A DNA stretch of 56,304 nucleotides from Sphingomonadaceae bacterium (GCA_050257375.1 JBLMWT010000264.1:1-56304); one strand, 5' to 3'. Shown: positions 45,441 through 55,495, counted from the stretch's first letter. The notes: generated from the sequence alone by a model not told the origin. Translations and numbers: made by a program.

Positions 45441-46152
45441 GCCGTCCCTGCGGCTCCATGCCGAGATCCTCGAGCAGCAGCATCAGCTGGCGCGCGTGCT
45501 GCGCCGGGTGCCACGCGCTGCGCTCCAGCACCTCGTGCACCCGGTGGCGGCCGAAGTACGTGTCCATCATCGTCTCGCAGCGCTTGTCCGGATAGCCCTG
45601 CCACCACGCGCGCACCGCCGCGCGCACCCCTTCCCCGTAGCGCGCGAGGTCTTCCGTCGTGCGCAGCGCGTCCTCCGGCGGCTGCATGATCAACTCGTAG
45701 GTGAGCTCGCGCCCGTCGCGCATCGCCTCCAGAAAGGCCTCCGGGATGCGGAACACGTGGTGCGCGAGCAGGCGGATCGGTCGGTTGCGGTTGCGGAATG
45801 GCTTGTCCAGCCGGTCAGCCGGGATCTGCCGCACATAGCGCACCGCGGCCGCGAGCACCAGGTCGAGCTTGTCGACCAGCTGCTGCGGCGCGAGCTTGTC
45901 GTGCAGGCGGATGTCGAGATCGAGGAAGCGCACCACGTCGGCAAGCGACTGCGCGTAGACAAAGTCGTGCCCGCGCGCCACGATCGGCACGCTGCGCGCC
46001 CCGAGCGCGCGCAGCGCCTCCATGCCCGCCGGGTTGCCGTGCACGTTGATCGATTCGTAGTCCACGCCCTGGCGGGTGAGGAACTCCTTGGTCCGCAGGC
46101 AGCTGGTGCAACCCGGCTGCCAGAAGACCCGTACGCGCTCCGCGGTCTTCAT
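45385..46152 (-). CDS. glutaredoxin + DinB-like fusion protein
   Basis: N-terminal WQPGCTSCLRTKEFL...SVP (glutaredoxin); C-terminal HHVFRI...ERSAWHPAQHARQL (DinB-like His motifs). Confidence 0.78.
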   Translation of the reverse strand: MKTAERVRVFWQPGCTSCLRTKEFLTRQGVDYESINVHGNPAGMEALRALGARSVPIVARGHDFVYAQSLADVVRFLDLDIRLHDKLAPQQLVDKLDLVLAAAVRYVRQIPADRLDKPFRNRNRPIRLLAHHVFRIPEAFLEAMRDGRELTYELIMQPPEDALRTTEDLARYGEGVRAAVRAWWQGYPDKRCETMMDTYFGRHRVHEVLERSAWHPAQHARQLMLLLEDLGMEPQGRLSAQDLAGLPLPEKAWDD

Positions 46153-46158
46153 GATCGC

Positions 46159-46716
46159 CTAGCGACGCTTGCGCTGCTTGCCCGCGAAGCGCGAGTCGAC
46201 GCGCGTATCCACGAGCCGCGGCTGCGCATACAGCACGCTCACCCCGAGAAGATGGTGCTCGGCGAACTTCTGCCCGCCGAGCGAGAGCACCACCGGCATC
46301 AGCTGGAACGCCCGCCCCCCGGGATTGCGGAAGCCGCGCAGCTTGAACGTCGTCACCTGCATCGCGGACCCGCGCCGCTTGCCTGCGGCGGCCCTGACGT
46401 CGAATCCCACCCAGCGCTCGCCGCTGTGCGACGAAAAGGTTCTCTCCAGCTCGCGCGTCACTTCGCGGCTCTCGCTGACCTTCGCAGCGGGAATTGCCAG
46501 GCTCGCGCTCTGTCCGCGCGCGATGCGCAAGCCGATCTTCATGCCGGACTTCTCGAACGCCTGCTGAAACTTGCCCTGCACGGACGCGGCGCTCGCGCGT
46601 CCGCCCGCTGCGCCGGCGCCGGGAATGATCACTGTACGCGTCGTGAGCACTCCGCCCCTCAGCTGCGGTACTCCCACTTTTTGGATCGTCAGGCTCTCCT
46701 GTCTCATCGTAATCAC
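46159..46716 (-). CDS. hypothetical basic protein (~185 aa)
   Basis: GTG start with strong SD AAGGAGGAG, 35 bp after the cyclase stop; fills the gap to the Grx-DinB gene; no motif recognised. Confidence 0.6.
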   Translation of the reverse strand: MITMRQESLTIQKVGVPQLRGGVLTTRTVIIPGAGAAGGRASAASVQGKFQQAFEKSGMKIGLRIARGQSASLAIPAAKVSESREVTRELERTFSSHSGERWVGFDVRAAAGKRRGSAMQVTTFKLRGFRNPGGRAFQLMPVVLSLGGQKFAEHHLLGVSVLYAQPRLVDTRVDSRFAGKQRKRR

Positions 46717-46751
46717 GGCTTCTCCTCCTTCGGTGTGATCGGGCGTGCGCC

Positions 46752-49700
46752 CTACAGCGCGAGCGGAATGCGCTGCGAACCCTCGACCTCGACGCGCTCC
46801 GCCCAGCGCGTCATGCCCAGTTCCGCGAATGCATTGCGCGCCGCCCGCAGGTGGCGCGCGCCCTCCTCCGCCCGTCCGCTGCGTCCGGCCAGCATCCCCA
46901 GGCCGAAGTGACAATGCGCGGCGAGCGGCCGCATGCCGCGCTCGCCGGCGATGGCAAGCGCGCGCTCGTAAGCCGCAGCCGCCTGCTCGTTCGCCGGCGC
47001 GTCGAGCGAGGCCGCGACCGCCGCGTACAGCCGGTTCGCCCAGCCCTCCAGGCCGCGCGCCTTGATGAGGCGCGTGATCTCGAGGTAACGCTGCGCAAGC
47101 GGCAGCGCCTCGCCGGGCCGGCCGAGCGCAAGCAGCACCTCGCTGCGATATCCCGAACGAAGCATGTGACCGAAGGCGTTGTTGGCCGCGACCGCCACAC
47201 GCACGCCGCGCTCGAGAACCTCGAGCGCTTGCGTGCCGCGCCCCTCGAGTGCGTACGCCGAGCTCAGCTGCGCCGCGAGTTGCGGCAGCGGAGCCGGAAT
47301 GTCCGCGGTCTCGCTCAGCGAAAGGCCGCGCTCGAGCAGCGCGATCGCCGCTTGCGCGTCGCCGCGCCGCAGCTGCATCGTGCCCGCCGCCTGGCAAGTC
47401 AGTATCACGCTGTGAGGATGATCGATCGTCTCGGCGATGCGCATCGCATCGTCGGCGTGCGCGACGGCTTGCGCGAACTGGCCCAGCTCGGCATGCGCCA
47501 ACGCAAGGATGACCCGCGAGTAGACCGAGGGTAGCGGTCCCATGCCGAAGCGGTCGTATTCCGCACCTCCGGTCAGAAGCTCGAGATTGCGTTCCGCCAG
47601 GCCGATGCCCCCGGTGTAATCGCCGAGCGTGAGCTGAATCGTCGCGATCGATGCGTTGGCGAGCACCCGTAGCGCGCGATCCGACTTCGCCGCGCCGATC
47701 TCGAGCGCACACCGCCCGCATTCCAGTGCCCGGTCTGTCTGACCCTGCAGGATGAAATAGTTGGCCAGGAACGCCGACACCAGGCCGAGGCGGCTCGGAT
47801 CGGACAGTTTGCTGGCGAGCGCCTCCGCTTCCTGCAAGTACCGAATCATCGCGCCGAACTCCCCGAGAGGGCTGAGCGCGGCGCGCAGGTCCAGGCGCAG
47901 CTCGACCGCCTGCTCGGTGGTCGCCTTTCCTGAGCGGCCGAGCGCGTCGAGCGCCCGCTCGAACGCGGCAACCGCCGAGCGCGCCGCCGAGCGCTCGAGG
48001 GCGCGCAGTCCGGCGATGCGGCCATACGCGTACGCCTTGTCCCAGACCTCGCCCCGTAGCGCGTGATAGCTCAGATCCTCGGCGTGCTCCGTCAGCCTGT
48101 CGGCGCGCAGCGCTTCGATTGCGGTCATGATCTGCGCGTGCAGCGCGCGCCTGCGATCCCGCAGCAGGCCGCGGTAGGCGACTTCGGTCGTGATCGCATG
48201 CTTGAAGGTGTAGACCTGCTCCGGGAACAGGCGCAACTCATAGAGAAACTCGGCGCGCTGCAGCTCGGTCAGCTCGCGCCGCAGCTCCTCCGGCTCCAGC
48301 CCGGTGACGCGTTCGAGCAGGGCGACGGGGACGTCCTTGCCGATGACCGCCGCCGTCTCGAGCAACGCCTTGCGCGCCGCGGGGAGCCGGTCGATGCGCG
48401 ACGCGAGCACGGCGTGCACGGTCGCGGGAACCTCGGTGCCGGCGAGCGACCCCGCCAGGCGGCGCGCACCCTCCACGCCGCCGAGCACCCCCGTCTCGGC
48501 GAGATGGCGCACGCCCTCCTCGAGGAAGAACGGGTTACCGTCGGTGCGCGCGATGAGCATTCGCTTCAGACCGGCGAGCGAGCCGTCGGAGCCGAGCAGC
48601 CCGTCGAGGAACGTCCGCGCACTATCCCCGGTAAGCGGCTCTACGCGCAGGCGCGCGTAGTAACTCTTGTCCTCCCAGCCGTGCCGGAACTCGGGGCGAT
48701 AGCTGACGATCATGCACACGCGGCTGCGTGCCAGCCCCTGAACCAGCTCGTCGAGCACTGCCTGGCTCTCGGAATCGAGCCACTGCAGATCCTCGACCAC
48801 GACGCACAACGGACGGCGCCGGCTCTCGTGCAGCAACAGCTGCCGCACCGCGGCGATGATGCGCCGCCGCCGCTGTTGCGCGTCGAGCGCCTGCCAGGCC
48901 CGGTCCTCGGACGGCGCGTCGAGAAGCGCGAGCAGCGCGGCGTTGGCGTCGCTGGACACCGAGCGTTCGGCCAATGCCGCAGCGACTTTCTCGCGCACCC
49001 GCTCGACGTCGTCCTCCTCCTCGACGTCTAGCGCACGCCCGACCAAATGTGCAATCGGCAGATACGCGCTATCGATGCCGTGCGGTAGCGCGCCCGCCTC
49101 GAGAACCTGCCAGCCGTTCAGCTTCGCCTGGCGTGTGAATTCCCAGATCAACCGCGACTTTCCCTGGCCGGGCTCGCCGACCAGCGCGACGACCTGCCCC
49201 TGACCGCTGGCGGCCTGTTCCAGCAATCGCTCGAGCGCCGCCAGCTCGGTCGCGCGGCCGACGAAACCGCTCAAGCCCCGCGACGCGGCGCTCTCGAAGC
49301 GCGTCCGAAGAGGCCGCGCGCCCACGAGGCGGTACACCTCCATTGCCTCGGCGAGTCCGTCGACGCTGCGCACCCCCAGCGAGTCGAGCTCGATCCACTC
49401 CGCGACTAGGCGTGCGGTGGCAGCCGTGAGCAGGCTGGAGCCGGGCTCGGCGAGTCGCTCCATGCGGGCCGCGAGATGCGTGGCCTGACCCACCGCCGTG
49501 TAGTCCATGTGCAGATCGCTGCCGATGCTGCGCACCACGACTTCCCCGGAGTTGATGCCGACGCGGATCCGCGGGGCCGGTACGCCTTCCTGCTGCAGTT
49601 CGCTGCCGTAGCGCTGGACGGCTTCCTGCATGCGCAGCGCCGCGTAGCAGGCGCGCAGGGCATGGTCCTCGAGCGCGAGCGGCGCGCCGAACAGCGCCAT

Positions 49701-50120
49701 GATGCCGTCGCCCATCACCTGATTGACCGTGCCTTCGTAGCGCTGCACGGCCTCGATCATCCGCTCGAGCACCGCATCGAGCAGCTTGCGCGCGTCTTCC
49801 GGGTCGCGCCCTGCGACCAATTCGAGCGAGCTGCGCATGTCGGCGAACAGGATCGTGACCTGCTTGCGCTCGCCCTCGAGCGCGCTACGCTCGGACAGAA
49901 TCCTTTCCGCCAGGTGCCTGGGTGCGTACGGACCCCGGGAGAGCGGCGGCGCATCCCTTGCGAGTGCGAGGCTCGTCCCGCAGCGCGTGCAGTAGCGCGC
50001 ATCGATGCGATTGACGGCGCCGCAGCCACCGCAGACCGGGGGAAGCCTGACGCCGCAATTCGGACAGAACGCCGCACGCGCCGGCGTCTCGTGGTGGCAG
50101 CGAAAGCACTCCACGGCCAT
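46752..50120 (-). CDS. double zinc ribbon + class III nucleotidyl cyclase + AAA (STAND-like) ATPase + TPR-like protein
   Basis: CFRC/CPNC/CGGC/CTRC; ILFADMRSS, MGDGIMALFG, THLAARME; Walker A GEPGQGKS; VVVEDLQW; GNPFFLEE; YTFKHA; helical repeats. SD GAGGTGAGG before ATG 50120. Confidence 0.9.
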   Translation of the reverse strand: MAVECFRCHHETPARAAFCPNCGVRLPPVCGGCGAVNRIDARYCTRCGTSLALARDAPPLSRGPYAPRHLAERILSERSALEGERKQVTILFADMRSSLELVAGRDPEDARKLLDAVLERMIEAVQRYEGTVNQVMGDGIMALFGAPLALEDHALRACYAALRMQEAVQRYGSELQQEGVPAPRIRVGINSGEVVVRSIGSDLHMDYTAVGQATHLAARMERLAEPGSSLLTAATARLVAEWIELDSLGVRSVDGLAEAMEVYRLVGARPLRTRFESAASRGLSGFVGRATELAALERLLEQAASGQGQVVALVGEPGQGKSRLIWEFTRQAKLNGWQVLEAGALPHGIDSAYLPIAHLVGRALDVEEEDDVERVREKVAAALAERSVSSDANAALLALLDAPSEDRAWQALDAQQRRRRIIAAVRQLLLHESRRRPLCVVVEDLQWLDSESQAVLDELVQGLARSRVCMIVSYRPEFRHGWEDKSYYARLRVEPLTGDSARTFLDGLLGSDGSLAGLKRMLIARTDGNPFFLEEGVRHLAETGVLGGVEGARRLAGSLAGTEVPATVHAVLASRIDRLPAARKALLETAAVIGKDVPVALLERVTGLEPEELRRELTELQRAEFLYELRLFPEQVYTFKHAITTEVAYRGLLRDRRRALHAQIMTAIEALRADRLTEHAEDLSYHALRGEVWDKAYAYGRIAGLRALERSAARSAVAAFERALDALGRSGKATTEQAVELRLDLRAALSPLGEFGAMIRYLQEAEALASKLSDPSRLGLVSAFLANYFILQGQTDRALECGRCALEIGAAKSDRALRVLANASIATIQLTLGDYTGGIGLAERNLELLTGGAEYDRFGMGPLPSVYSRVILALAHAELGQFAQAVAHADDAMRIAETIDHPHSVILTCQAAGTMQLRRGDAQAAIALLERGLSLSETADIPAPLPQLAAQLSSAYALEGRGTQALEVLERGVRVAVAANNAFGHMLRSGYRSEVLLALGRPGEALPLAQRYLEITRLIKARGLEGWANRLYAAVAASLDAPANEQAAAAYERALAIAGERGMRPLAAHCHFGLGMLAGRSGRAEEGARHLRAARNAFAELGMTRWAERVEVEGSQRIPLAL

Positions 50121-50220
50121 CCTCACCTCGACGAGGTCGGACACCAGACGAACGCGTCGAAGCGTATGCCGGCCTCATGGTAGGGTCAAGAACTATCGAT
50201 TCGAGCGGCCCCTCCTTTTC

Positions 50221-51204
50221 GTGCGAGATCACCGCCTCTGCGTCGCCCCGATGATGGACTGGACGGACCGGCACTGCCGGTACTTCCTGCGCCAGTGCGC
50301 GCCGCATGCGCGCCTGTACACCGAGATGATCACCACCGGCGCGCTGCTGCACGGCGACCCGCAGCGCCACCTCGCCTTCGACGCGGCCGAGCACCCGGTG
50401 GCCGTGCAGCTCGGCGGCAGCGAGCCCGACGAGCTCGCCGCCTGCGCGCGGCTGGCCGAGGCGCGCGGCTACGACGAGGTGAACCTGAACATCGGCTGCC
50501 CGAGCGAGCGCGTGCAGCGCGGCGCGTTCGGAGCCTGCCTGATGGCCGAGCCGGACCTGGTGGCCGACTGCGTGCGCGCGATGCGCGAGGCGGTCGCGAT
50601 TCCCGTGACGGTGAAGCATCGCATCGGCCTGGACAGATCCGAATCCTACGAATTCCTCCTGGAATTCGTCGCACGCGTCGCCCGCGCCGGCTGCACGACG
50701 TTCATCGTGCACGCGCGCAACGCAGTGCTGAAGGGGCTCTCCCCCAAGGAAAACCGCGAGATCCCGCCGCTGCGCTACGGGATCGTGCACCGCCTGAAGC
50801 GCGACTTCCCCGGCCTCGACATCGTGATCAACGGCGGCCTCGCCGGGTGGGAAGCGATCGAGATGCAGCTCGAACACGTGGACGGCGTGATGCTCGGGCG
50901 CGCCGCCTACCACCATCCGTGGCTGCTCGCCGAGGCCGACGCGCGCGTCTACGGCGACGGCTCGCTGCCCAGATCGCGCGCCGCGGTGGCCGCGGCGATG
51001 ACGGCCTACGCCGCGCGCGAGGTGGCGGCCGGCGGCATGCTGCGCCACATCACGCGCCACATGTTGGGTCTGTACCACCATGCGCCCCGCGCGCGCCTGT
51101 GGCGCCGCATCCTGTCGGACCCCGCGGGCCTGGCGCGCAACGACCCGCGCCTGATCCGCGAGGCGCTCGACGCGGTCGAGCCCGGCCTGGAGCAGGCCGC
51201 CTGA
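50221..51204 (+). CDS. dusA: tRNA dihydrouridine synthase A
   Basis: CVAPMMDWTDRHCR, NLNIGCPSERVQ, GLSPKENREIPPLRY, GVMLGRAAY. Start position approximate. Confidence 0.94.
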   Translation: MRDHRLCVAPMMDWTDRHCRYFLRQCAPHARLYTEMITTGALLHGDPQRHLAFDAAEHPVAVQLGGSEPDELAACARLAEARGYDEVNLNIGCPSERVQRGAFGACLMAEPDLVADCVRAMREAVAIPVTVKHRIGLDRSESYEFLLEFVARVARAGCTTFIVHARNAVLKGLSPKENREIPPLRYGIVHRLKRDFPGLDIVINGGLAGWEAIEMQLEHVDGVMLGRAAYHHPWLLAEADARVYGDGSLPRSRAAVAAAMTAYAAREVAAGGMLRHITRHMLGLYHHAPRARLWRRILSDPAGLARNDPRLIREALDAVEPGLEQAA

Positions 51205-51239
51205 CGGCGCGTATCATGGGCGCTGCCAAGGAGAAAGCG

Positions 51240-52022
51240 ATGACCGCCAAGCTGAAGACTGTCAAGTCGCCGTCCGTGCGCGAGCGCGTGAGCAAGGAGG
51301 AGTGGCAGGTGCGCGTCGACCTCGCAGCGGCCTACCAGCTCGCCGCGCAGTTCCGCTGGACCGACCTCATCTACACGCATTTCTCGGCGCGCGTGCCCGG
51401 CACCGAGGACATCCTGATCAACGCCTACGGGCTGATGTTCGACGAGATCACCGCTTCGAACCTGGTGAAGATCGACCTCGCGGGCAACATCCTCGACGAC
51501 CCGCTCGAGTACGGCATCAACCAGGCGGGCTACGTAATCCACAGCTGCATGCACAAAGCGCGCCCAGAGATCAACTGCGTCATTCATACGCACACGCGCG
51601 CCGGCGCCGCGGTGTCGGCCATGAAGTGCGGCCTCCTGCCCATCAGCCAGCATGCGATGCGCGTGCACGCCGAGCTCACCTATCACGACTACGAGGGCAT
51701 CGCGCTCGAGATGGACGAACAGACGCGCCTGGCGCGCGACCTCGGCAAGACCTCCAAGGCGATGATCCTGAGAAACCACGGCCTGCTCGCCCTGGGCGAG
51801 ACCGTGCGCGAGGCCTTCGAGGTCATGTACTACCTCGATTGCGCCTGCCAGATCCAGATCGACGCCATGGCGGGCGGCCCGGACAACGTGCTTCAGATGT
51901 CCGAGCGCGCGGCGCGCACCGCCGATCAGCAATTTCACCGCACCGACCGGCCTTCCGATCACAAGGACTGGCCGGCGCTCCTGCGCATGCTCGAGCGGCG
52001 CGGCATCGACTACCGCCAGTAG
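51240..52022 (+). CDS. class II aldolase/adducin family protein
   Basis: EEWQVRVDLAAAY, DLIYTHFSARVP, IHSCMH, HTHT, ILRNHGLL. Confidence 0.92.
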   Translation: MTAKLKTVKSPSVRERVSKEEWQVRVDLAAAYQLAAQFRWTDLIYTHFSARVPGTEDILINAYGLMFDEITASNLVKIDLAGNILDDPLEYGINQAGYVIHSCMHKARPEINCVIHTHTRAGAAVSAMKCGLLPISQHAMRVHAELTYHDYEGIALEMDEQTRLARDLGKTSKAMILRNHGLLALGETVREAFEVMYYLDCACQIQIDAMAGGPDNVLQMSERAARTADQQFHRTDRPSDHKDWPALLRMLERRGIDYRQ

Positions 52023-52023
52023 C

Positions 52024-52794
52024 TCAGAAGATCGTGTAGGCGCCGTCGATGACGAAGCTGTCGCCGGTGTGATAGCTGCTGGCGTCGCTCATCAAATAGA
52101 CGGCGATACCGGCGAAGTCTTCCTTGCGGCCCCAGCGGCGTAGCGGGATGCGCGGCATCACGGCGCCGGCGAACTTCTCGTCGCCCATGGCGCGCGCGGT
52201 CATGTCGGTCTCGATCCAGCCCGGGAGGATAGCGTTGGCCGTCACCTTGTAGCGCGCGAGCTCCACCGCGAGCGCGCGCACCAGCGCGATCATCGCCCCC
52301 TTGCTCGCCGCGTAGGCCTCCGCGCGCGCCGCGCCGTGCACCGCCGCGGTGCTCGCCATGCCGATCAGCCGTCCGCCGGCGTCGCCCGCCTTGGCGCGCT
52401 CGACCATGTGCCGCGCCGCGGCGCGCAGCGTGTAGAACGCGCCGTCCAGGTTCACGCCGAGCACGCGCTTCCACTCCGCGGTCGCAAGCTCGTGAAACGG
52501 CCCGTGCTTCTGCGACACGCCCGCATTCGCAAAGCAGCCGTCGATGCGCCCCATCGCCGCAAGCGCCTCGGCGAAGCGCGCCTCGACCTGCGCCTCGTCC
52601 GACACGTCGCAGCGCTGCGCCAGCACGCGCACGCCGCGCGCCTTGAGCGCCTTCTCTGCGGCGGCGTTCTTCTCGGCGTTGCTGCCCCAGATGACGAGAT
52701 CGCAGCCGGCCTGCGCCAGGCCCTCGGCCATGCCCAGGCCGATGCCGCCGTTGCCGCCCGTGACCAGCGCCACCTTGCCGGCGAGGGCGTTCAT
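52024..52794 (-). CDS. short-chain dehydrogenase/reductase
   Basis: TGGNGGIG, ANAG, YAASKG, PGWIETDMT, IDGAY. Confidence 0.92.
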   Translation of the reverse strand: MNALAGKVALVTGGNGGIGLGMAEGLAQAGCDLVIWGSNAEKNAAAEKALKARGVRVLAQRCDVSDEAQVEARFAEALAAMGRIDGCFANAGVSQKHGPFHELATAEWKRVLGVNLDGAFYTLRAAARHMVERAKAGDAGGRLIGMASTAAVHGAARAEAYAASKGAMIALVRALAVELARYKVTANAILPGWIETDMTARAMGDEKFAGAVMPRIPLRRWGRKEDFAGIAVYLMSDASSYHTGDSFVIDGAYTIF

Positions 52795-54014
52795 CGCAGC
52801 CCTTCTGCCCGCGCGCGCGCCGTCCTCTCGGGAAGCTGCAGCACGGTGAGCACGGTGAGCAGCAGCAGACCGAACACGCCGTAGAACACGCCCTGCGGCC
52901 GGCCGTGGTCGAGCAGCCAGCCGTACAGCACCGGCACCGACATCGAGCCGACGTCGAGTCCCGAGTACACGAAGCCGTACACCTTGCCCGCGGCGCCCTT
53001 GGGCGTCGCGGCGCGCACCAGCAGGTCGCGCGATGGATTGGTGGTGCCGGTGAGGAAGCCGGAGAGCGCGAGTAGCGGCGCGAGCGAGGCCGGTCCGAGC
53101 GCGCCGAGCGCCACGCCCAGCATGCACAGCGCGCTGCCGGCCATCCCCGCCGCCGCGACCGCGTCGTGGCGCGCAGTGCGACCGGAGACGTAGCCGCCGA
53201 ACAGGATGCCGAGCGCCTGGCCCACCAGGTAGGCCGTGAGCGCCGCCGAGGCGAGCGCGGCCGGCGTGCCGTAGTAGGCGATCAGCGCGGCCACGCCGAA
53301 GCTCTGCACGCCGATGAGCGCCGCAGCGAGCAGCAGGAAGAAGAAGAAGCACATGAGCACCGGGCCCTGCAGCAACAGACGCACGTCGGCCGCGAGCGGC
53401 TGCGCGGCCGTGCGTGTCGCCGCGTGCGGCCGCTCGACGGCGAGGGCCTCGCCCGAGGCGACGAGCAGTACGAGCATCGTCAGACCGAGTGCCGCCGAAA
53501 GCATGAGCGCGGTGTGCCAGCCGTACAGCGCCGACACGCCGTAGCTGAACACCGGGGCGAGCGCCCAGCCCATGGTGCCGGCGAAGCCGTGGAAGCTGAA
53601 TGCGTAGCCCAGGCGCTTCTGATCGACGCGCGCGTTCAGGATCGCGAAGTCGGCCGGATGAAACACGCTGTTGCCGACCCCGGCGACCGCGGCCGCGGCG
53701 ACCAGCATGGCGTAGTGCTGCGCGAAGCCCGCGAGCAGCACGCCCGCGGAGCACAGGGCGAGCCCGCCGATCAGGACGCGGCGCGCGCCGTAGCGGTCGA
53801 CCATGAATCCGGCCGCCGTCTGGCACAGCCCAGACACGACGTAGAACAGCGCCGTGGTGGCGCCGAGCGCGGCGTAGGACACGCCGAGGTCCGTCTTGAT
53901 GAGCGGGAACAGCACCGCGATCACGAGCTGGTAGAAATGCGACAGGCCGTGCGCGACCGAGATGAGCCCGATCACCTTGGCGTCCTGGCGCAGCGTGCGA
54001 ACGGCGGCTTCCAT
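52791..54014 (-). CDS. MFS transporter (Fsr-like)
   Basis: HGLSHFYQ, GFMVDRYGARR, GNSVFHP; about 12 TM segments. Confidence 0.88.
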   Translation of the reverse strand: MEAAVRTLRQDAKVIGLISVAHGLSHFYQLVIAVLFPLIKTDLGVSYAALGATTALFYVVSGLCQTAAGFMVDRYGARRVLIGGLALCSAGVLLAGFAQHYAMLVAAAAVAGVGNSVFHPADFAILNARVDQKRLGYAFSFHGFAGTMGWALAPVFSYGVSALYGWHTALMLSAALGLTMLVLLVASGEALAVERPHAATRTAAQPLAADVRLLLQGPVLMCFFFFLLLAAALIGVQSFGVAALIAYYGTPAALASAALTAYLVGQALGILFGGYVSGRTARHDAVAAAGMAGSALCMLGVALGALGPASLAPLLALSGFLTGTTNPSRDLLVRAATPKGAAGKVYGFVYSGLDVGSMSVPVLYGWLLDHGRPQGVFYGVFGLLLLTVLTVLQLPERTARARAEGLR

Positions 54015-54017
54015 GCC

Positions 54018-54788
54018 CTAGGATACCGCGACGCCGCCGATGAAGCGCGCGAGCGCTTCGAGCGTCGCCTCCGGCTGGTCGCGAAACGGGCTGTGGCCGC
54101 AATGCTCCAGCTCGACCAGCTCGCAGGGCCCCTTCACCTTGAGCGCGATCGAGCGCAACTGCGCCAGGGTGCCGTATTCGTCGTCGAGCCCCTGCATCGC
54201 CAGCACCGGACAGGAAATGCCGGGCAGGTACTCCTCGATGTTCCAGTCGAGAAACGCCGGATCGAGCCACACGTCGTTCCACAGATAGAACGAGCGCCGC
54301 GGATCGCGGTGGTACTTGGCCAGGCGCTGCGGCAGGTCGGTGGTCTCGAAGTCGCGCTTCGCCTGTTCGATGCTGCGTATGCAGACGTCTTCGACGAAGA
54401 CGTGCGGCGCCATGAGCGCGAGCGCGCGGACCGGGTTGGCCCCGCCCGCGTAGATGATCGCAATCGACGCGCCATCGGAATGCCCGACCAGCACCGGCTC
54501 GCGGATCGAGAGCTCGGCGAGCACCTCGGGCAGCGCCTCGAGCGCCTCCTCGTGCATGAAACGCACGCTGCGCCGCGGCTCCACCAGCACGTCGGAATGG
54601 CCGTAGCCGTAGCGGCTGTAGACGAGCGCCGCGCAGCCCGTGGCGCGCGCCACCCGAAGCGGGAAGTCGCGCCATTGGCGTACCGAGCCGAGGCCTTCGT
54701 GCAGGAACACGAGCGTCGGCTTGCCCGCGCCGGCGGCGTCGATCCACTCGTATTCCAGCCGGTGGCCGGCGGCGGTGAGAAACGGCAT
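54018..54788 (-). CDS. alpha/beta hydrolase
   Basis: FLHEGLGS, nucleophile elbow GHSDGAS, QG.DDEYG, CGHSP. Confidence 0.9.
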   Translation of the reverse strand: MPFLTAAGHRLEYEWIDAAGAGKPTLVFLHEGLGSVRQWRDFPLRVARATGCAALVYSRYGYGHSDVLVEPRRSVRFMHEEALEALPEVLAELSIREPVLVGHSDGASIAIIYAGGANPVRALALMAPHVFVEDVCIRSIEQAKRDFETTDLPQRLAKYHRDPRRSFYLWNDVWLDPAFLDWNIEEYLPGISCPVLAMQGLDDEYGTLAQLRSIALKVKGPCELVELEHCGHSPFRDQPEATLEALARFIGGVAVS

Positions 54789-54795
54789 GCGCCCG

Positions 54796-54804
54796 AGAAT
54801 AGCA
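54796..54804 (-). promoter_or_regulatory. extended -10 promoter, probably leaderless hydrolase mRNA
   Basis: TGC-TATTCT, then 7 nt, then ATG 54788; no SD in the 36-bp divergent gap. Confidence 0.5.
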
Positions 54805-54824
54805 TTCATAATGCGCGCCACGGC

Positions 54825-55445
54825 ATGACCTCCCTCGCCTTCGATGCGAACCTGCGCGCGCGCCTGGCCGCGAACCTGACGCGGCTCGAGCGCATGCCGA
54901 CCGCGCACGCGGACCTGAAGCGTGCGGCAGTGTGCGTCATCGTCACCGTCTCGGATTCCGGCGAAGCGGCGCTGCTGCTCACGCGGCGCGCAGCGCATCT
55001 CTCGGCGCACGCGGGGCAGTTCGCGCTGCCCGGCGGGCGCGTCGACGAGGGCGAGTCGGCCCTCGACGCCGCGCGCCGCGAGGCACAGGAGGAGGTCGGC
55101 CTCGAGCTCGCGGCCGAGACCTTTCTCGGGCAGCTGGACGACTACCCGACGCGCTCCGGCTACCTCATCACGCCGCTGGTCGCCTGGCTGCCCGCAGGCA
55201 GCGATCCGGTGCCCAATCCGGCCGAGGTGGCGAGCATTTACCGGGTGTCGCTCACCGATTTGACGGGCGGGCCAGAATTCGTGGCGATTCCGGAAAGCGA
55301 CCGGCCGGTGGTGCGTTATCCCCTGCTCGGCACGACGATCCACGCCCCGACCGCGGCGGTCATGTACCAGTTCATGGAAGTCGCCGTGCACGGGCGCTCC
55401 ACCCGCGTCGCGCACCTCGAGCAGCCGGTGTGGGCCTGGCGATAG
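54825..55445 (+). CDS. Nudix CoA pyrophosphatase (NudL-like)
   Basis: LLLTRRA.HLSAHAGQFALPGGRVD..ESALDAARREAQEEVGL; PNPAEV. Confidence 0.9.
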   Translation: MTSLAFDANLRARLAANLTRLERMPTAHADLKRAAVCVIVTVSDSGEAALLLTRRAAHLSAHAGQFALPGGRVDEGESALDAARREAQEEVGLELAAETFLGQLDDYPTRSGYLITPLVAWLPAGSDPVPNPAEVASIYRVSLTDLTGGPEFVAIPESDRPVVRYPLLGTTIHAPTAAVMYQFMEVAVHGRSTRVAHLEQPVWAWR

Positions 55446-55495
55446 CGCTCCGCGTGGCGCAGGCGTATAACACGTCGCAGAAAGGGGGGACGCTC

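Noticed and set aside
46159-50300. Genomic island integrated at the dusA 5' end
   Set aside because: dusA is a known integration hotspot, but I found no integrase and no duplicated dusA fragment or att repeat.
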